Assembly (NCBI GenBank): GCA_965215885.1
Contig: CBDCEW010000082.1
Location: forward strand, 24,728 to 88,727
From: Candidatus Moanibacter sp.
GTDB taxonomy: Bacteria > Verrucomicrobiota > Verrucomicrobiia > Opitutales > UBA2987
Direction: 5' to 3'
DNA length: 64,000 bases
A program made the translations under genes and the position numbers. Within the stretch, counting starts at the first letter, position 1. Each line of letters opens with the position of its first letter. The notes beneath the pieces were generated by a model. It did not search any database and was not told the DNA's origin. It worked only from the letters and a program-made list of their open reading frames with translations. Positions 38,950 to 50,913 of this stretch are shown piece after piece.

Positions 38950-39477
38950 TCAATCGGCATTTCTAATCTGCATTATTCGATCTGCGCTGCGCAACTGCTT
39001 TAATGCGTTCATGGTAGCGGCGACCACGGCGCCGTGATTATTTGAACCGAGGGATTTCGTCAGGACGTCTCTCACCCCGGCCGCTTCCAATACGGGCCGT
39101 ACACCACCTCCGGCGATGACACCGGTTCCTGGACTGGCGGGACGCAAGAGTACTTTACCCCCATCTTGCAACCCTATCACGATGTGTGGAATCGTGTTAC
39201 CCTTCAGCTGAACCGGAACAAGGTTTCGGTGAGCGCGTTCAGTGCCTTTACGAATGGCTTCGGGAACCTCTTTGGCCTTTCCGTAACCGACACCGACTTT
39301 ACCTTTCTTATCGCCCACAACGACGAGAGCAGAGAAACTGAAACGTCGACCTCCCTTGACAACTTTTGCACAACGATTGATGAAGACAACCTTCTCAACA
39401 AACTCTGGCGCTTCTTCCTCTGCCATTACACTTCCCTGAGTGCGTCTGGAGCGACTTGTAAATGCCCTGCTCTTCAT
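38950..39477 (-). CDS. rpsE: 30S ribosomal protein S5
   Basis: [19 protein letters not shown]; start at ATG 39477 avoids overlap with rplR. Confidence 0.96.
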   Translation of the reverse strand: MKSRAFTSRSRRTQGSVMAEEEAPEFVEKVVFINRCAKVVKGGRRFSFSALVVVGDKKGKVGVGYGKAKEVPEAIRKGTERAHRNLVPVQLKGNTIPHIVIGLQDGGKVLLRPASPGTGVIAGGGVRPVLEAAGVRDVLTKSLGSNNHGAVVAATMNALKQLRSADRIMQIRNAD

Positions 39478-39490
39478 AGTCCTACCTAAC

Positions 39491-39853
39491 TTAAACCACC
39501 AATCCCGTTTCACGCACTGCATCGGCAAAAGCCTTCACTGCTCCGTGATAGTTGCGTCCGTTCCGATCGAAAACGACCGCACTTACACCTTTTGCTCCAG
39601 CCTTCTCACCGAATGCCTTTCCCAACCGGCCGGCGCTTTCCACGTTCGCTTTCAATCCATCTTGGCGCATTCCTTTTCCAACACTGGAAAGGGAGAGGAG
39701 CGTCTCTCCTTTTTCGTCGTCGATCAACTGGGCATAGACATGCTTATTGCTCAGATGGACGCACAAACGCGGACGCTCGGCCGTGCCTCGAACCTTCTTC
39801 CGAATCCGCCAAATACGTTTTTGACGCAGAATCTGTTTCTCTAGCGAGTTCAT
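39491..39853 (-). CDS. rplR: 50S ribosomal protein L18
   Basis: [23 protein letters not shown]. Confidence 0.97.
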   Translation of the reverse strand: MNSLEKQILRQKRIWRIRKKVRGTAERPRLCVHLSNKHVYAQLIDDEKGETLLSLSSVGKGMRQDGLKANVESAGRLGKAFGEKAGAKGVSAVVFDRNGRNYHGAVKAFADAVRETGLVV

Positions 39854-39878
39854 TTAATCCTACCTTATTCTCATAGAC

Positions 39879-40415
39879 TCAACCAGCCTTCTTGCCTTCC
39901 TTCCGGCGAACAAACTCCCCCAAGATGCGAACTCCTTTTCCTTTGTATGGTTCCACTGGATATAACCGCTTGATACGCGCCGCCACCTCACCGACAAGAT
40001 GCTTGTCCATTCCTTCTACTTTGATTTTGGTATTCTCCTGCAACGTGATCTGAATGCCTTCCGGAATCTGGAATTTTATTGGATGAGAATAACCGAGATT
40101 TATGTCGAGTATGTCTCCTGTCAATGCGGCGCGGAACCCGACTCCCTGAATCTCAAGATCCTTGCTGAAGCCTTCCGTTACTCCTTTCACCATGTTCGCG
40201 ATGTGTGAGCGCACGGTTCCATGCATCGCTCGAGAAAAGCGCGATTCCAGTGCCGGATTCACATGAACCTTACCCTCATTTACCTCGATTATAACCGGAG
40301 CATGGAACTCTCTCTCCAACCTGCCTTTCGGCCCTTCCACCTTTACCAGCGTATCCTCCGCCGTGACGTTTACCTTCTCCGGTATTATAACCGGCAATTT
40401 TCCGATTCGGCTCAT
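39879..40415 (-). CDS. rplF: 50S ribosomal protein L6
   Basis: MSRIGK.P, EPYKGKG. Confidence 0.97.
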   Translation of the reverse strand: MSRIGKLPVIIPEKVNVTAEDTLVKVEGPKGRLEREFHAPVIIEVNEGKVHVNPALESRFSRAMHGTVRSHIANMVKGVTEGFSKDLEIQGVGFRAALTGDILDINLGYSHPIKFQIPEGIQITLQENTKIKVEGMDKHLVGEVAARIKRLYPVEPYKGKGVRILGEFVRRKEGKKAG

Positions 40416-40437
40416 CTTTCTTAAGTATTCCAAATTT

Positions 40438-40830
40438 CTACCAGACCGCGCAGATCATCTCCCCTCCCACTCTCGTGCGACGAGCTTCTCTGTCATTCAT
40501 CACCCCCTTCGAAGTTGTCAGAATGCCAACTCCCAACCCACCCAATACTCGGGGGATGTCATCGTAGCGGTAATAGAGGCGCCGGCCCGACTTACTCCAT
40601 CTTTGCAGGCCCGTTATAGCTGGCAACTCATCGACATACTTCATAGTCAGCTTTATGGAACGGTGTCCTCTCGTATCTTTACTTTCGGCTGCGTCCCGAA
40701 TATATCCCTCATCCTTAAGGATCTTTGCTATGCTCCAATGCAGCCTGGAGTATTTTCCCATGCAGGAATCTTTCTTCGCCTTGCAGGCGTTTCGGATGAC
40801 TGTCAGAAAATCGCTGATGCTGTCTGCCAT
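40438..40830 (-). CDS. rpsH: 30S ribosomal protein S8
   Basis: D.ISDFLT.IRN, LGGLG..ILTTSKG, GGE...VW. Confidence 0.97.
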   Translation of the reverse strand: MADSISDFLTVIRNACKAKKDSCMGKYSRLHWSIAKILKDEGYIRDAAESKDTRGHRSIKLTMKYVDELPAITGLQRWSKSGRRLYYRYDDIPRVLGGLGVGILTTSKGVMNDREARRTRVGGEMICAVW

Positions 40831-40864
40831 ATTCGAATTCTCTTTATTTATGAAGCCGGCTCCC

Positions 40865-41170
40865 CTACCATGAGGACTTCGTCACACCAGGTATGCGGCC
40901 CTGTGAAGCTAATTCACGAAATGTTATCCTGGAGAGTTTGAACTTGCGTAGATAGGCGCGCGGGCGGCCCGTTACCCAACAACGGTTCCGAATTCGGACG
41001 GCTGAAGAATTTCGCGGCAACTTGGATAATTTGCGCTGAGCGGCGTAGAATTCCTCATCGGAAGTAGTCGAATCAGCCATAATCTTTTTAAACGCCGCCC
41101 GTTTTTCGGCGTACTTTCCCACCATCTTGATGCGCCTCAAATTTTTCTGAACCATTCCTTTTTTTGCCAT
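40865..41170 (-). CDS. rpsN: 30S ribosomal protein S14 (long, zinc-independent form)
   Basis: 101 aa, [19 protein letters not shown]; only one Cys. Confidence 0.97.
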   Translation of the reverse strand: MAKKGMVQKNLRRIKMVGKYAEKRAAFKKIMADSTTSDEEFYAAQRKLSKLPRNSSAVRIRNRCWVTGRPRAYLRKFKLSRITFRELASQGRIPGVTKSSW

Positions 41171-41210
41171 ACGATCCTGCCTTTTCTACAATTGCTTTGA
41201 CCTTGCCCAA

Positions 41211-41753
41211 CTATCGTCTGCGAAACGGCATTCCTATGAGTTTCAAAAGTTCGAAACCTTCATCGTCAGTTTGTGCGGTTGTCACCATTGTTATATCCAT
41301 TCCGACTGTCCTGCGATTGGTATCCATCGTAATTTCGGGAAATATCGTATGATCGGATATTCCCAGGGTATAATTGCCGCCTCCATCTAATTTCCTCGAA
41401 GTTCCGCGAAAATCCCGTATTCCAGGGAGCGCCACGCTCAAAAGGCGCAAGAGAAACTCATACATAATAATGCCCCGCAAGGTCACCATAACTCCGACTG
41501 GATAACCTTCGCGCACTTTAAAGTTGGAAATGCTCCGACGCGCCTTCGTAACGACCGGTTGTTGACCCGTTACTAACGCTATGTCTCGAACCGTCCCTTC
41601 TAGAGCGCTTTTGTCGAGGCTGGAATTTACTCCGGAATTTATAACGATCTTCTCTAATGCCGGCACTTCGTGCTCATTCTTGTAGCCTCGGGATTTCATC
41701 ATCTCGGGAACCACTTTATCGAAAAAATGGGTCTTTAGTTGCGGAGCCTGCAT
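41211..41753 (-). CDS. rplE: 50S ribosomal protein L5
   Basis: KIVIN, GQQPVVTKA, RDFRG, GMDIT.VT. Confidence 0.97.
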   Translation of the reverse strand: MQAPQLKTHFFDKVVPEMMKSRGYKNEHEVPALEKIVINSGVNSSLDKSALEGTVRDIALVTGQQPVVTKARRSISNFKVREGYPVGVMVTLRGIIMYEFLLRLLSVALPGIRDFRGTSRKLDGGGNYTLGISDHTIFPEITMDTNRRTVGMDITMVTTAQTDDEGFELLKLIGMPFRRR

Positions 41754-41797
41754 CTGCTTTTTCTCAAGGGATTGGAAAGATCATCGAGCTAATTCAA

Positions 41798-42076
41798 TTA
41801 CTTGGAATCGGCCCCCGCTTCCTTCCTGGCGCGCCTGGCCTCATAGCGTTCCAACTTCATGATATTCGAAATATGAATAGGAGATTCCCTCTCTATGATT
41901 CCTCCTTCGGGTGCACTCTGATCGGCACCCTTTTTCTGGTGTCGCTTGATTTTGTTTATTCCCTCTACCAGGACCTGCTCTTTCCTAGGTAAGACTTGCA
42001 ACACTCTACTGCGCTCACCCCTGCTGTCGCCACTCAGCACTACGACTTCATCACCCGACTTTATCCGAGTCTTCAT
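41798..42076 (-). CDS. rplX: 50S ribosomal protein L24
   Basis: GDEV.V.SG, VEGIN, ESPIHISN. Confidence 0.96.
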   Translation of the reverse strand: MKTRIKSGDEVVVLSGDSRGERSRVLQVLPRKEQVLVEGINKIKRHQKKGADQSAPEGGIIERESPIHISNIMKLERYEARRARKEAGADSK

Positions 42077-42173
42077 CTCAACACACCTTTCTCACGGTTA
42101 CAGAGTAAATTAACGGTCAATCTTTTACGGTGCGGTATCGCTCTTTCCCCTGAAATATTGCGAGATTTCCCGG

Positions 42174-42539
42174 TTAGAGAACCTCAGGAGCCAAACTAAC
42201 AATTTTCATAAAATTTTTCTGGCGTAATTCGCGTGCTACGGGCCCGAAAATGCGTGTTCCCCGTGGATTATTGTTCGCATCAAGAATTACAATAGCATTA
42301 CTGTCAAATCGCAGGTAACTCCCGTCAGACCTTCTGATGGGCGCCCTTGTCCGCACGATTACAGCCTTTGCCACAGTCCCCTTTTTCACGGCAGCCTCAG
42401 GGGTACTTTCTTTTATATTCACAACGACGACGTCTCCCACTGAAGCGGACCTCCTATTCTGCCCGAGACGCCGAATCAATCGGGCCGATTTCGCTCCCGT
42501 ATTATCGGCCACCTCAAGTCTGCTCAACAGTTGAAGCAT
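42174..42539 (-). CDS. rplN: 50S ribosomal protein L14
   Basis: [27 protein letters not shown]. Confidence 0.98.
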   Translation of the reverse strand: MLQLLSRLEVADNTGAKSARLIRRLGQNRRSASVGDVVVVNIKESTPEAAVKKGTVAKAVIVRTRAPIRRSDGSYLRFDSNAIVILDANNNPRGTRIFGPVARELRQKNFMKIVSLAPEVL

Positions 42540-42587
42540 ATTTCCGCTCTCCTTTTGCGCATAGTCTTTAAGTGTTGGCGACTTCGC

Positions 42588-42863
42588 CTATTGGCTCGAC
42601 TTGGGCTCACTCTCTATGCGACGAACGATTCGCCAACGTTTGAGTTTGCTCAAGGGTCGCGTTTCCATTATCTCCACCCTGTCTCCTATACTACACTGGT
42701 TCTGTTCGTCATGGACATGCACAACAGTTCTTCTATTGATCTCCTTGACGTAACGAGGATGTGACGCTTTGTATGCATACGTTACCTTTATCGTTTTGTT
42801 GCCGGAACGACTGGTTACGGTCCCCATCAAGGTCTTTCGCTTCTTCCGTAGTTGCGTATCCAT
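42588..42863 (-). CDS. rpsQ: 30S ribosomal protein S17
   Basis: HDE, GD.V.I.ETRPLSK.KRW. Confidence 0.96.
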   Translation of the reverse strand: MDTQLRKKRKTLMGTVTSRSGNKTIKVTYAYKASHPRYVKEINRRTVVHVHDEQNQCSIGDRVEIMETRPLSKLKRWRIVRRIESEPKSSQ

Positions 42864-42895
42864 ACTTATCTCTTCTTCGAACCTCGCGAATCAGT

Positions 42896-43105
42896 TCAAT
42901 CTATTCCCGCGGGCTCGGAAACCCCCTTCTCTCTCAGGACTGTTTCCAATCTCGCCACATCCCGTCGAATCTGCCGCAAAAGATGAGGTTGTTCCACCTG
43001 CCCGGTCTCCTTACGTAAGCGCATCTGGAGCAGTTCTTCGCGTGTGTCGCGCACTTTTTTCTCAATCTCCCCCAGAGACAACTCTCTGATCTCCGCAGCT
43101 TTCAT
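42896..43105 (-). CDS. rpmC: 50S ribosomal protein L29
   Basis: MKA.EIR, TGQ, RRDVARL.T; expected position in the S10 operon. Confidence 0.95.
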   Translation of the reverse strand: MKAAEIRELSLGEIEKKVRDTREELLQMRLRKETGQVEQPHLLRQIRRDVARLETVLREKGVSEPAGID

Positions 43106-43108
43106 GCG

Positions 43109-43534
43109 TCAGGCGCTCCTCCTTTCCTCACGGCAAACGAAACGGCAGCGAAAGGGCAACTTCCCGTCAGCTCGACGCAGCGCTTCACGGGCAGTCGACT
43201 GATTGGCGCCTGAGACTTCAAACAACATCGTACCCGGCTTAACGATCGCCACCCAGAATTCGGTTGCCCCTTTGCCTTTACCCATACGCGTTTCAGCAGG
43301 TTTCTTCGATACAGGTTTGTGCGGAAATACTCGGATCCACACTTTTCCTCTTCGCTTCAGAAACCGGTTAACGGCAACCCGGCACGCTTCTATTTGAGAA
43401 GCTGTGATCCATCCTCTCTCCAGACATTGAATACCGAAACTCCCGAAAGCGAGTCTATCTCCTCGCTTTGCTCTCCCCCGCACCCGACCTCGCTGGGACT
43501 TCCGAAACTTTGTTCTCGCAGGCATTAACGACAT
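43109..43534 (-). CDS. rplP: 50S ribosomal protein L16
   Basis: KFRK.QRG, WIRVFPH, RMGKGKG. Confidence 0.97.
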   Translation of the reverse strand: MSLMPARTKFRKSQRGRVRGRAKRGDRLAFGSFGIQCLERGWITASQIEACRVAVNRFLKRRGKVWIRVFPHKPVSKKPAETRMGKGKGATEFWVAIVKPGTMLFEVSGANQSTAREALRRADGKLPFRCRFVCREERRSA

Positions 43535-43561
43535 ATAACGTCCTCCAACCAGGTATTCTTC

Positions 43562-44200
43562 TTAACCGAGTGGATCCTCGTCCCTACCGGTGCAGATCCA
43601 GCACTTTACGCCAATGATTCCGTATAGCGTTCTTGCTTCGGTAAATCCGTAATCGATATTCTCCCGTAGAGTGTGCAAAGGGACCCGTCCCGAGCGCTGC
43701 ATCTCAGTGCGCGCGATGTCAGAACCACCCAAACGTCCGGAAACTTGAACACGGATACCTTCTGCGCCAAGACTAATCGAAGTCTGCACGGCCTTCTTCA
43801 TGGCCCTTCGGAAAGAGATTCGCCGCTCCAGCTGCAACGCGACATTCTCCGCCACTAACTGAGCCACCAGATCCGGTTTCTTAACCTCCTGGATATCGAG
43901 CAGAATCTCATTCGTTACCAATTTGGAAAGTTCCTCTTTGATCTTTTCCAATTCCTGCCCTTTGCGCCCGATTACAATTCCGGGACGCGCCGTGAAAATC
44001 TTCACCCTTATTCGATTGCTTGCCCTCTCGATAAAGATTCGCGGGACCGCCGCATACTTCAGCCTCTTATGTATAGTATTCCGAATCAAGTAATCCTCAT
44101 TGAGAAATTCCCCGAACTCCCCTTTGTCGGCATACCAACGAGACTCCCAATTACGTCGAACCTGGAGCCGAAATCCGGTCGGATGTACCTTTTGTCCCAT
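43562..44200 (-). CDS. rpsC: 30S ribosomal protein S3
   Basis: MGQKVHP.GFR, RPG.VIG..G, GRVPLHTLR. Confidence 0.97.
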   Translation of the reverse strand: MGQKVHPTGFRLQVRRNWESRWYADKGEFGEFLNEDYLIRNTIHKRLKYAAVPRIFIERASNRIRVKIFTARPGIVIGRKGQELEKIKEELSKLVTNEILLDIQEVKKPDLVAQLVAENVALQLERRISFRRAMKKAVQTSISLGAEGIRVQVSGRLGGSDIARTEMQRSGRVPLHTLRENIDYGFTEARTLYGIIGVKCWICTGRDEDPLG

Positions 44201-44207
44201 ATCGCGC

Positions 44208-44552
44208 CTACTTACTCTCCCCTTCGTCCGATAGGACAATTCGAATGTGGCTCATACGCTTTCGTATCGGCTTTACCATACCCCGTGGACCAGCCCTCCA
44301 CCTCTTCAGAACTGGAGCATCTTCAACTACGGCCTTTTCGATTACGAGGGAATCAGAGGAGAGATTGCTGTTATTCTCCGCATTCGCTACCGCCGATTTT
44401 AATGTCTTCGCCACCAACCGGGCAGACTTTCTGGGAACGAATTCGAGCAGCTCGAGCGCTTCATTGGCGGGCCGTCCCTGAATCTCGCGGGCTACTTCCC
44501 GAACTTTCTTTGGAGACATCCTAACGTATTTTGTAAGTGCCTGGACCTGCAT
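44208..44552 (-). CDS. rplV: 50S ribosomal protein L22
   Basis: SPKKVR, SAVANAENN, SHI.IV. Confidence 0.97.
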   Translation of the reverse strand: MQVQALTKYVRMSPKKVREVAREIQGRPANEALELLEFVPRKSARLVAKTLKSAVANAENNSNLSSDSLVIEKAVVEDAPVLKRWRAGPRGMVKPIRKRMSHIRIVLSDEGESK

Positions 44553-44560
44553 GACTCTAC

Positions 44561-44833
44561 CTACTTCTTCTGGGTGTGAGGATTGTGCGTTTTGAAAGAG
44601 CGAGTGGGAGCAAATTCACCCAACTTATGGCCAACCATATTCTCCGTTACGTATATTGGGATAAACGCCTTACCATTATGTATTTCCAAGTTCAATCCCA
44701 CAAAATCGGGCGTGATAGTCGATCGACGCGACCAAGTTCGAATCGGCCTCCGGGAATCCTCCCGGTTGGCCGCCCCTACCTTATCCATGAGGTGCGAATC
44801 AACAAAGAAACCCTTTTTTATAGATCTTCCCAT
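44561..44833 (-). CDS. rpsS: 30S ribosomal protein S19
   Basis: [24 protein letters not shown]. Confidence 0.97.
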   Translation of the reverse strand: MGRSIKKGFFVDSHLMDKVGAANREDSRRPIRTWSRRSTITPDFVGLNLEIHNGKAFIPIYVTENMVGHKLGEFAPTRSFKTHNPHTQKK

Positions 44834-44853
44834 CTTTACCTCCGTTTCCAATC

Positions 44854-45696
44854 CTAGTGCTTTACCTTGCGGCCATTACGCCGTATCAGGATCATTCTGT
44901 CTGAAACCTTCGATCGGGAACGGGTGGGGTATCCTTTTGCCAATTGGCCCCAAGGCGAGACTGGATGGCCCCCACCGGAACTGCGGCCTTCCCCTCCTCC
45001 CATGGGATGGTCCACCGGGTTCATCGCCACTCCGCGCACCCTGGGGCGCCTCCCCTTCCAGCGATTGCGTCCGGCTTTTCCGAGATTGGAGCTGCGGTGA
45101 GAAGCATTACCTACTTCTCCAATCGTCGCCCTGCAATCCGCATGGACAAGGCGAATTTCTCCACTCGGCATCTTAATTGTAGCGCGGTTTTCCTCAATCG
45201 CGACCAACTGCGCCGCCGCGCCCGCCGACCGTGCTATCTGCGCTCGTTTGCCCGGTTGCATGGAAACGGCATGTATCTTGGTTGACGGCGGAATATCACG
45301 AAGCGGCATATTGTTGCCCGGCTTGAATTCCGCAATTTCCGTCGCATTGACAAGCTTCTCGCCCACTTTCACTCCATTCGGTGCAAGGATGTAGCGCTTT
45401 TCTCCATCCGCGTAAGCCAACAATGCGATATGGGCAGTACGGTTGGGATCGTACTCAAGTGCCACCACGTTCGCGGGTATATCAAGTTTCTCCCTTCGAA
45501 AATCAATAATTCGGTATCGCTTTTTATGTCCGCCGCCACGTCTACGCGAGGTAATTCGGCCATAGCAGTTTCGCCCTCCCGTCCTGCGTTTCGGCCGTAT
45601 CAGTCTCCTTTCGGGTCGTTTCCCGGTAAATTCTCCCCTTACCTTGACGTGAAAACGCTCGCTTGGAGTTACCGGTCTCTGTTCTACTATGGGCAT
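44854..45696 (-). CDS. rplB: 50S ribosomal protein L2
   Basis: [24 protein letters not shown]. Confidence 0.98.
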   Translation of the reverse strand: MPIVEQRPVTPSERFHVKVRGEFTGKRPERRLIRPKRRTGGRNCYGRITSRRRGGGHKKRYRIIDFRREKLDIPANVVALEYDPNRTAHIALLAYADGEKRYILAPNGVKVGEKLVNATEIAEFKPGNNMPLRDIPPSTKIHAVSMQPGKRAQIARSAGAAAQLVAIEENRATIKMPSGEIRLVHADCRATIGEVGNASHRSSNLGKAGRNRWKGRRPRVRGVAMNPVDHPMGGGEGRSSGGGHPVSPWGQLAKGYPTRSRSKVSDRMILIRRNGRKVKH

Positions 45697-45718
45697 AGTT
45701 CTTCCTTCTCTGGGAGGC

Positions 45719-46012
45719 TCATATCATCTCGATGCTGTCGCCTTCGAGGAGCGAAACGACAACTTTCTTGTAGCCTCCCCTAAATCCGAACCTGCCGCGC
45801 CGCGTCCTGTCGCGCCGCGCCTTGGGCTTAACGTTGATGATATTGACCCCCTTGACCGTGACATCGAATGTCTTCTCCACAGCATGAGCCACTGAGAGCC
45901 GATTGGAAGAGGGGTGAACCTTGAAGGTATATTGATTCACGGACGAACTCAGCGCCGTCGCCTTTTCGGTTACAACGGTTTCCAAAAGAATGCCGTCTGC
46001 GCCCGTCGTCAT
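45719..46012 (-). CDS. rplW: 50S ribosomal protein L23
   Basis: VTEK, Y.F.V, KK..V.L; lies between rplD and rplB. Confidence 0.95.
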   Translation of the reverse strand: MTTGADGILLETVVTEKATALSSSVNQYTFKVHPSSNRLSVAHAVEKTFDVTVKGVNIINVKPKARRDRTRRGRFGFRGGYKKVVVSLLEGDSIEMI

Positions 46013-46644
46013 TGAGACTTTTCTCCCTTCACTCGTGTCAACACTTTCTCCATTCCCTTCTCACTCATTACGATTCTATCGTAGAGACTGAGATCGTAGG
46101 CATTTACGGAATCGGCCTCGGAAACGGCCACGCGTGCTATATTTCGCACTGCCAGGATGGTGTTATCGCTGAAAGAATCGTCCACTACCAGGATACTCCC
46201 TGATGGAGCAATGCACTCGATCATCGAATTAAAGAGGCGAGTTTTCGGTTCCGCCGTATCGAACTCCTCTATCACATCAAGTTCCCCGCGGACTGCACGA
46301 TCGGATATTGCTCTCCCCAATGCGACCGATTTCATTTTGCGGTTTATCTTTTGAGAATAGTCTCGTGGCCTCGGCCCGAATACAATACCGCCTCCCCGCC
46401 AAATGTTTGATCTCCTGCTCCCATGGCGAGCGGATCCGGTTCCCTTCTGTCGATAGGGTTTCTTTCCCGTACCCCGAACCTCCGACCGCGTCTTGGAGGA
46501 AGCGTTTCCCTGACGACCGTTGGAGCCATATGCGACCAAAACCTGGCGGAGCGCTTCAACCCCTTTATCTCCCTCGATTTCGGGAACACCATAGTCTCTC
46601 TCCTCGCTCTCTTTCCCGTCCGGCCTATAACACTTCAATTTCAT
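46009..46644 (-). CDS. rplD: 50S ribosomal protein L4
   Basis: KTRSEV.G..KKP.RQKGTG.ARHG, GGG..FGP.PR. Confidence 0.97.
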   Translation of the reverse strand: MKLKCYRPDGKESEERDYGVPEIEGDKGVEALRQVLVAYGSNGRQGNASSKTRSEVRGTGKKPYRQKGTGSARHGSRRSNIWRGGGIVFGPRPRDYSQKINRKMKSVALGRAISDRAVRGELDVIEEFDTAEPKTRLFNSMIECIAPSGSILVVDDSFSDNTILAVRNIARVAVSEADSVNAYDLSLYDRIVMSEKGMEKVLTRVKGEKSQ

Positions 46645-46664
46645 GAGCTTCCCTTCCTTGAGCG

Positions 46665-47306
46665 TCAGCCCGATTTGCGGGATTTCTTCGCCGTCCGCAC
46701 GAGAACCTGCGAGCCGTTAGCTCCAGGCACGCTTCCTTTCACCAGGAGAATGTTCTTCTCCTCCATGATTCTTACCACTTTGAGATTCTGCACGGTACGC
46801 CTTGTATGCCCCATTCGGCCCGGCATTTTTCGTCCCTTGTAGACTTCTCCGGGCCATTGACTCTGGCCGAATGAACCCCCGCGGCGGTGAAACATTGAGC
46901 CGTGCGATCGAGGTCCTCCCTTAAAACCCCAACGCTTTACGACACCCTGGAATCCTTTGCCTTTGGAAACGCCCACAATATCGACCTTTTGCCCTTCATC
47001 GAATCCGGTCACCGTCAATACCTGCCCCTCATCGTATTCAGGTTCTTCATCACAGCGCACTTCTCTCAGTCGTTCGGCAGGATCCACCTTCAATTTTTTG
47101 TAAAGTCCTTTTTCAGCCTTGATCAATCGGTTGTCCTTCTTTCTGCCGTAACCGATCTGAACGGCGTTATAACCGTCGCGGTTGAGCGTCTTCACCTGAA
47201 GCACCTGACAGGGTCCGGCCTCAATAACAGTCACAGGAACGAGGGTATCCTCCCCCTCGTATATCTGCGTCATGCCCAATTTCTTGCCTATAAGTGTGTA
47301 AAGCAA
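46665..47306 (-). CDS. rplC: 50S ribosomal protein L3
   Basis: [28 protein letters not shown] start. Confidence 0.97.
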   Translation of the reverse strand: MLYTLIGKKLGMTQIYEGEDTLVPVTVIEAGPCQVLQVKTLNRDGYNAVQIGYGRKKDNRLIKAEKGLYKKLKVDPAERLREVRCDEEPEYDEGQVLTVTGFDEGQKVDIVGVSKGKGFQGVVKRWGFKGGPRSHGSMFHRRGGSFGQSQWPGEVYKGRKMPGRMGHTRRTVQNLKVVRIMEEKNILLVKGSVPGANGSQVLVRTAKKSRKSG

Positions 47307-47310
47307 AGTT

Positions 47311-47619
47311 CTATACGTTGATTGTTATGTCGACGCCTGCCGGAAGGTTGAGCTTCTTCAGCTCATCCACCGTTTGGGCAGTTGGTTCTATGATGTCGAT
47401 GAGTCGCTTATGCGTTCGAATCTCAAATTGCTCCATGGATTTCTTGTCAACGTGCGGTGACCGGTTTACCGTTATCTTTTCAATGCGCGTAGGTAGTGGA
47501 ACTGGACCTGAGACGCGCGCTCCTGAACGTTTGGCCGTGTCGACGATATCCAAAGCGGATTGGTCGATCACCCGGTAATCGTAGCCTTTGAGCTTAATCC
47601 TTATCCTCTGGCCTTGCAT
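47311..47619 (-). CDS. rpsJ: 30S ribosomal protein S10
   Basis: [25 protein letters not shown]. Confidence 0.98.
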   Translation of the reverse strand: MQGQRIRIKLKGYDYRVIDQSALDIVDTAKRSGARVSGPVPLPTRIEKITVNRSPHVDKKSMEQFEIRTHKRLIDIIEPTAQTVDELKKLNLPAGVDITINV

Positions 47620-47659
47620 CGGTAATCTCCACCTGTTCTTCCGTGCCTCAATTTACCTC

Positions 47660-49822
47660 TTAAGCGCGCGCCGGCTCGTGAGTCGCTGTTTCCACTAGTT
47701 GCTGCATCTTACCGGTCGGAACTTTCTCGAAATGGGAGGGCTCCATCGTAAAAGTGGCGCGTCCTTTCGAGAGGGAACGAACATCCGTGGCATACCCGAA
47801 CATCGTTTCGAGGGGCACGCTGGCGGTAATATTTGTCAAGTTCCCCTTCGTCTCCATACCCTGAATTCGGCCACGGCGCCGGCTAAGATCGCCTATAATA
47901 TCACCCTGGTATTCCTCGGGAGTGCTTACCTCTACTTTCATTATCGGTTCAAGCAGTATTGGCTTCGCTTTCCTTATGGCATCTTTGAAAGCGAATATAC
48001 CGGCCATCTTAAACGCCATTTCCGAAGAGTCGACCTCATGATAACTCCCGAACACCAGCTGCACTTTAATATCGACCACGGGATACCCCGCGAGAATTCC
48101 GTTCAGCGCCGCTTCTCTCAATCCTGATTCAGTGGGCTTCAGGTATTCTTTTGGAATGACGCCACCTACGATCCGGTCCTCAAACGCAATGCCACTTCCT
48201 CTCTCACCGGGCTCGATTTTGATTTCAGCGTGGCCATATTGTCCGCGGCCACCGGACTGCCGGATGAATTTCCCCACCCCTTCCGCAGCTTCTGTAAGGG
48301 TCTCACGATAAGCGATCTCAGGCCTACCCGCGATCGCCGCAACCTTAAATTCCCGAAACAGCCGGTCCCTCAGGATCTCGAGATGCAATTCGCCCATACC
48401 CGAGATTATCGTCTGCCCGGTCTCATGATCTGAGGAAACAACAAAAGTCGGATCTTCTTCCGCTAAACGTTGCAGACCAATGGACAGTTTCTCCTGATCA
48501 ATCTGTGTTATAGGTTCAATTGACATGGAAATGACCGGATCGGGAAATGTCGGTGGCTCCAGCCGGACATTCAGCCTTCTCGTGCAGAGAGTATCCCCGG
48601 TCCAAATCTGTTTCACCCCGATTATTGCGCAGATGTCGCCTGAATGTGCGCTCTCGATATCCTGTCGCGCATCCGCTTTCATGATCATCAGGCGACTGAT
48701 GCGTTCCATCCTTCCGGTGCGCGGATTAAAAACCGAATTCCCTTTTCTCAATTCGCCCTGATAGATCCGAAAATATACCAGCTTTCCCACATAGGGATCC
48801 GACGAGAGTTTGAACACGAGGCCCGCGACATCGGCTGCGTCGTCCGGTCTTATCTCCACTTTCGAATCCTCCCTGCCTTCTACATGTCCAACCACAGGCG
48901 GGAGATCGAGAGGGTTCGGTAGGTAATCCACGATCGCATTCAATAAAATCTGAATCCCCTTGTTCTTAAACGCACTTCCCGGTATCACGCCAAGAAAATT
49001 AAGCGACAGGGTTGCCTTGCGCACCGCCCTCTTGAGGTCCTCTTCCGATATCTCCTCACCATCGAGGTACTTTGCTGCCAGACTGTCGTCAAAATCGGCC
49101 AGCGCCTCGATAAGCCCCTCCCGATACTCCTCTGCCTGCTCAATTTGATTGGCCGGGACATCGACCACCTTATAATCGACACCGGTCTCATCGCTCTCAT
49201 CATAGAGACAAGCTTTCATCGCTATGAGGTCGATCAGCCCTCTGAATTGATCCTCTGCTCCAATCGGAAGAAAGAGAGGATGCGCATTCGCTCCGAGCTT
49301 CCTGCGTATGTCCTCAACCGCCCCAAAAAAACTGGCCCCGGTTCGGTCCATCTTATTTATGAAGGCCAACCGGGGCACTTCGTATTTATCCATCTGGCGC
49401 CAGACTGTCTCGGACTGCGGCTGAACCCCCGCTACCGCACAGAATACTCCTATCGCTCCATCAAGGACGCGCAGTGACCTCTCGACTTCGGCCGTAAAGT
49501 CTACATGGCCGGGAGTATCGATTATGTTAATCTGGTGGTCAATCCCCGCATACAGACCTCCCGTATTCTCCCACCGGCAGGATATCGCCGCAGCTGTTAT
49601 AGTTATGCCGCGCTCGCGCTCCTGTTCCATCCAGTCGGTCGTGGCATTCCCATCATGCACCTCGCCCATACGGTGCACAACACCGGCGTAAAAAAGCATT
49701 CGTTCCGTCGTTGTAGTCTTACCGGCATCAATATGTGCGGTTATACCAATGTTCCGTGTGTATTCCAGGGGCGTCCTCCGCTCTTTGGAATTCGCCGGAG
49801 AGAGTTTTTCGACAGCGCTCAT
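47660..49822 (-). CDS. fusA: Elongation factor G
   Basis: [37 protein letters not shown]. Confidence 0.98.
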   Translation of the reverse strand: MSAVEKLSPANSKERRTPLEYTRNIGITAHIDAGKTTTTERMLFYAGVVHRMGEVHDGNATTDWMEQERERGITITAAAISCRWENTGGLYAGIDHQINIIDTPGHVDFTAEVERSLRVLDGAIGVFCAVAGVQPQSETVWRQMDKYEVPRLAFINKMDRTGASFFGAVEDIRRKLGANAHPLFLPIGAEDQFRGLIDLIAMKACLYDESDETGVDYKVVDVPANQIEQAEEYREGLIEALADFDDSLAAKYLDGEEISEEDLKRAVRKATLSLNFLGVIPGSAFKNKGIQILLNAIVDYLPNPLDLPPVVGHVEGREDSKVEIRPDDAADVAGLVFKLSSDPYVGKLVYFRIYQGELRKGNSVFNPRTGRMERISRLMIMKADARQDIESAHSGDICAIIGVKQIWTGDTLCTRRLNVRLEPPTFPDPVISMSIEPITQIDQEKLSIGLQRLAEEDPTFVVSSDHETGQTIISGMGELHLEILRDRLFREFKVAAIAGRPEIAYRETLTEAAEGVGKFIRQSGGRGQYGHAEIKIEPGERGSGIAFEDRIVGGVIPKEYLKPTESGLREAALNGILAGYPVVDIKVQLVFGSYHEVDSSEMAFKMAGIFAFKDAIRKAKPILLEPIMKVEVSTPEEYQGDIIGDLSRRRGRIQGMETKGNLTNITASVPLETMFGYATDVRSLSKGRATFTMEPSHFEKVPTGKMQQLVETATHEPARA

Positions 49823-49828
49823 TGCTTC

Positions 49829-50299
49829 TTACCACCTGAGATGAGCAAAGGCCCTGTTCGATTGCGCCATCCGATGGGTGTCCTCCTTCTTCTTAACAAT
49901 CGAACCGGTCCCGTTGTAGGCGTCCATTATCTCCTGCGCGAGAGCATCCTTCATAGGGCCCTTGCGCGCTCGGGAGGCATCGCGCAACCAACGAAAAGCT
50001 AAGCTCTGCTGCCGATCGAATGAGATCTCCAAAGGTACCTGGTAGGTAGTCCCACCCACCCGGCGGCTCTTTACCTCTAACTTGGGCCTGATTTTCTCGA
50101 GAGCCCCCATCAGCAAGTCTACGGGATCACCCTTTCCCAGCTTTTCGCTAGCCTTTTCAAATGCCCCGTAGACGATATCTTGTGCTACCGTCTTCTTTCC
50201 ATCCATCATGACCACATTGATGAGATGACTGACCAGGACACTGTCGTAGCGCGAATCCGGCCTATGTTCTTTCTTATCTGCTCTGCGTCTACGAGACAT
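49829..50299 (-). CDS. rpsG: 30S ribosomal protein S7
   Basis: DGKK, RRVGG.TYQVP, HRMA..NRAFAH. Confidence 0.98.
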   Translation of the reverse strand: MSRRRRADKKEHRPDSRYDSVLVSHLINVVMMDGKKTVAQDIVYGAFEKASEKLGKGDPVDLLMGALEKIRPKLEVKSRRVGGTTYQVPLEISFDRQQSLAFRWLRDASRARKGPMKDALAQEIMDAYNGTGSIVKKKEDTHRMAQSNRAFAHLRW

Positions 50300-50350
50300 C
50301 GTCCAAGCACCTTCCTAGGGGGGGGTATTTAGGGAGTCAAACCGGAGGGG

Positions 50351-50734
50351 TTATTTCTTCGCATCCTTGGGGCGCTTTACACCGTACTTAGAACGGCTGC
50401 GCCTCCGTTTCTCCACACCCAAACAGTCGAGTGCTCCTCGTACGATGTGATAACGTACCCCGGGGAGATCCTTTACCCTGCCCCCCCGTACCAGAACTAC
50501 ACTGTGTTCCTGGAGACTATGACCTTCATCAGGTATGTATGCGATAACCTCAATACCGTTAGTCAAACGGACTTTGGCAACTTTCCGAATAGCGGAATTC
50601 GGCTTTTTCGGAGTACGGGTCATGACCTGTACGCAAACTCCGCGTTTAAAGGCATTTTCCTTTAAAGCCGGCGACTTTGACTTACTCTTTATTATCTTCC
50701 GCGGTTTGCGGACAAGTTGGTTTATAGTTGGCAT
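50351..50734 (-). CDS. rpsL: 30S ribosomal protein S12
   Basis: [25 protein letters not shown]. Confidence 0.98.
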   Translation of the reverse strand: MPTINQLVRKPRKIIKSKSKSPALKENAFKRGVCVQVMTRTPKKPNSAIRKVAKVRLTNGIEVIAYIPDEGHSLQEHSVVLVRGGRVKDLPGVRYHIVRGALDCLGVEKRRRSRSKYGVKRPKDAKK

Positions 50735-50766
50735 GCCGAGACCACCCTTTGAAGTGGAAAGCGGAG

Positions 50767-50794
50767 AAAGTAGAGTATCTGAAACCTAGTGCAA
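50767..50794 (-). promoter_or_regulatory. Candidate sigma70 promoter of the str operon
   Basis: TTGCAC-16 nt-TACTTT, about 32 nt upstream of rpsL. Confidence 0.45.
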
Positions 50795-50913
50795 GAACTT
50801 TTTGTGCATTTTTAACAAGACACCTATCCCCTCCGAAAGACGGCTTTCAAAGCTGCCTTTCAAGGGGGGGTCCCTAATCCGTTAAGAAGCTCTGGAGGTT
50901 TTGCGAACTTCCC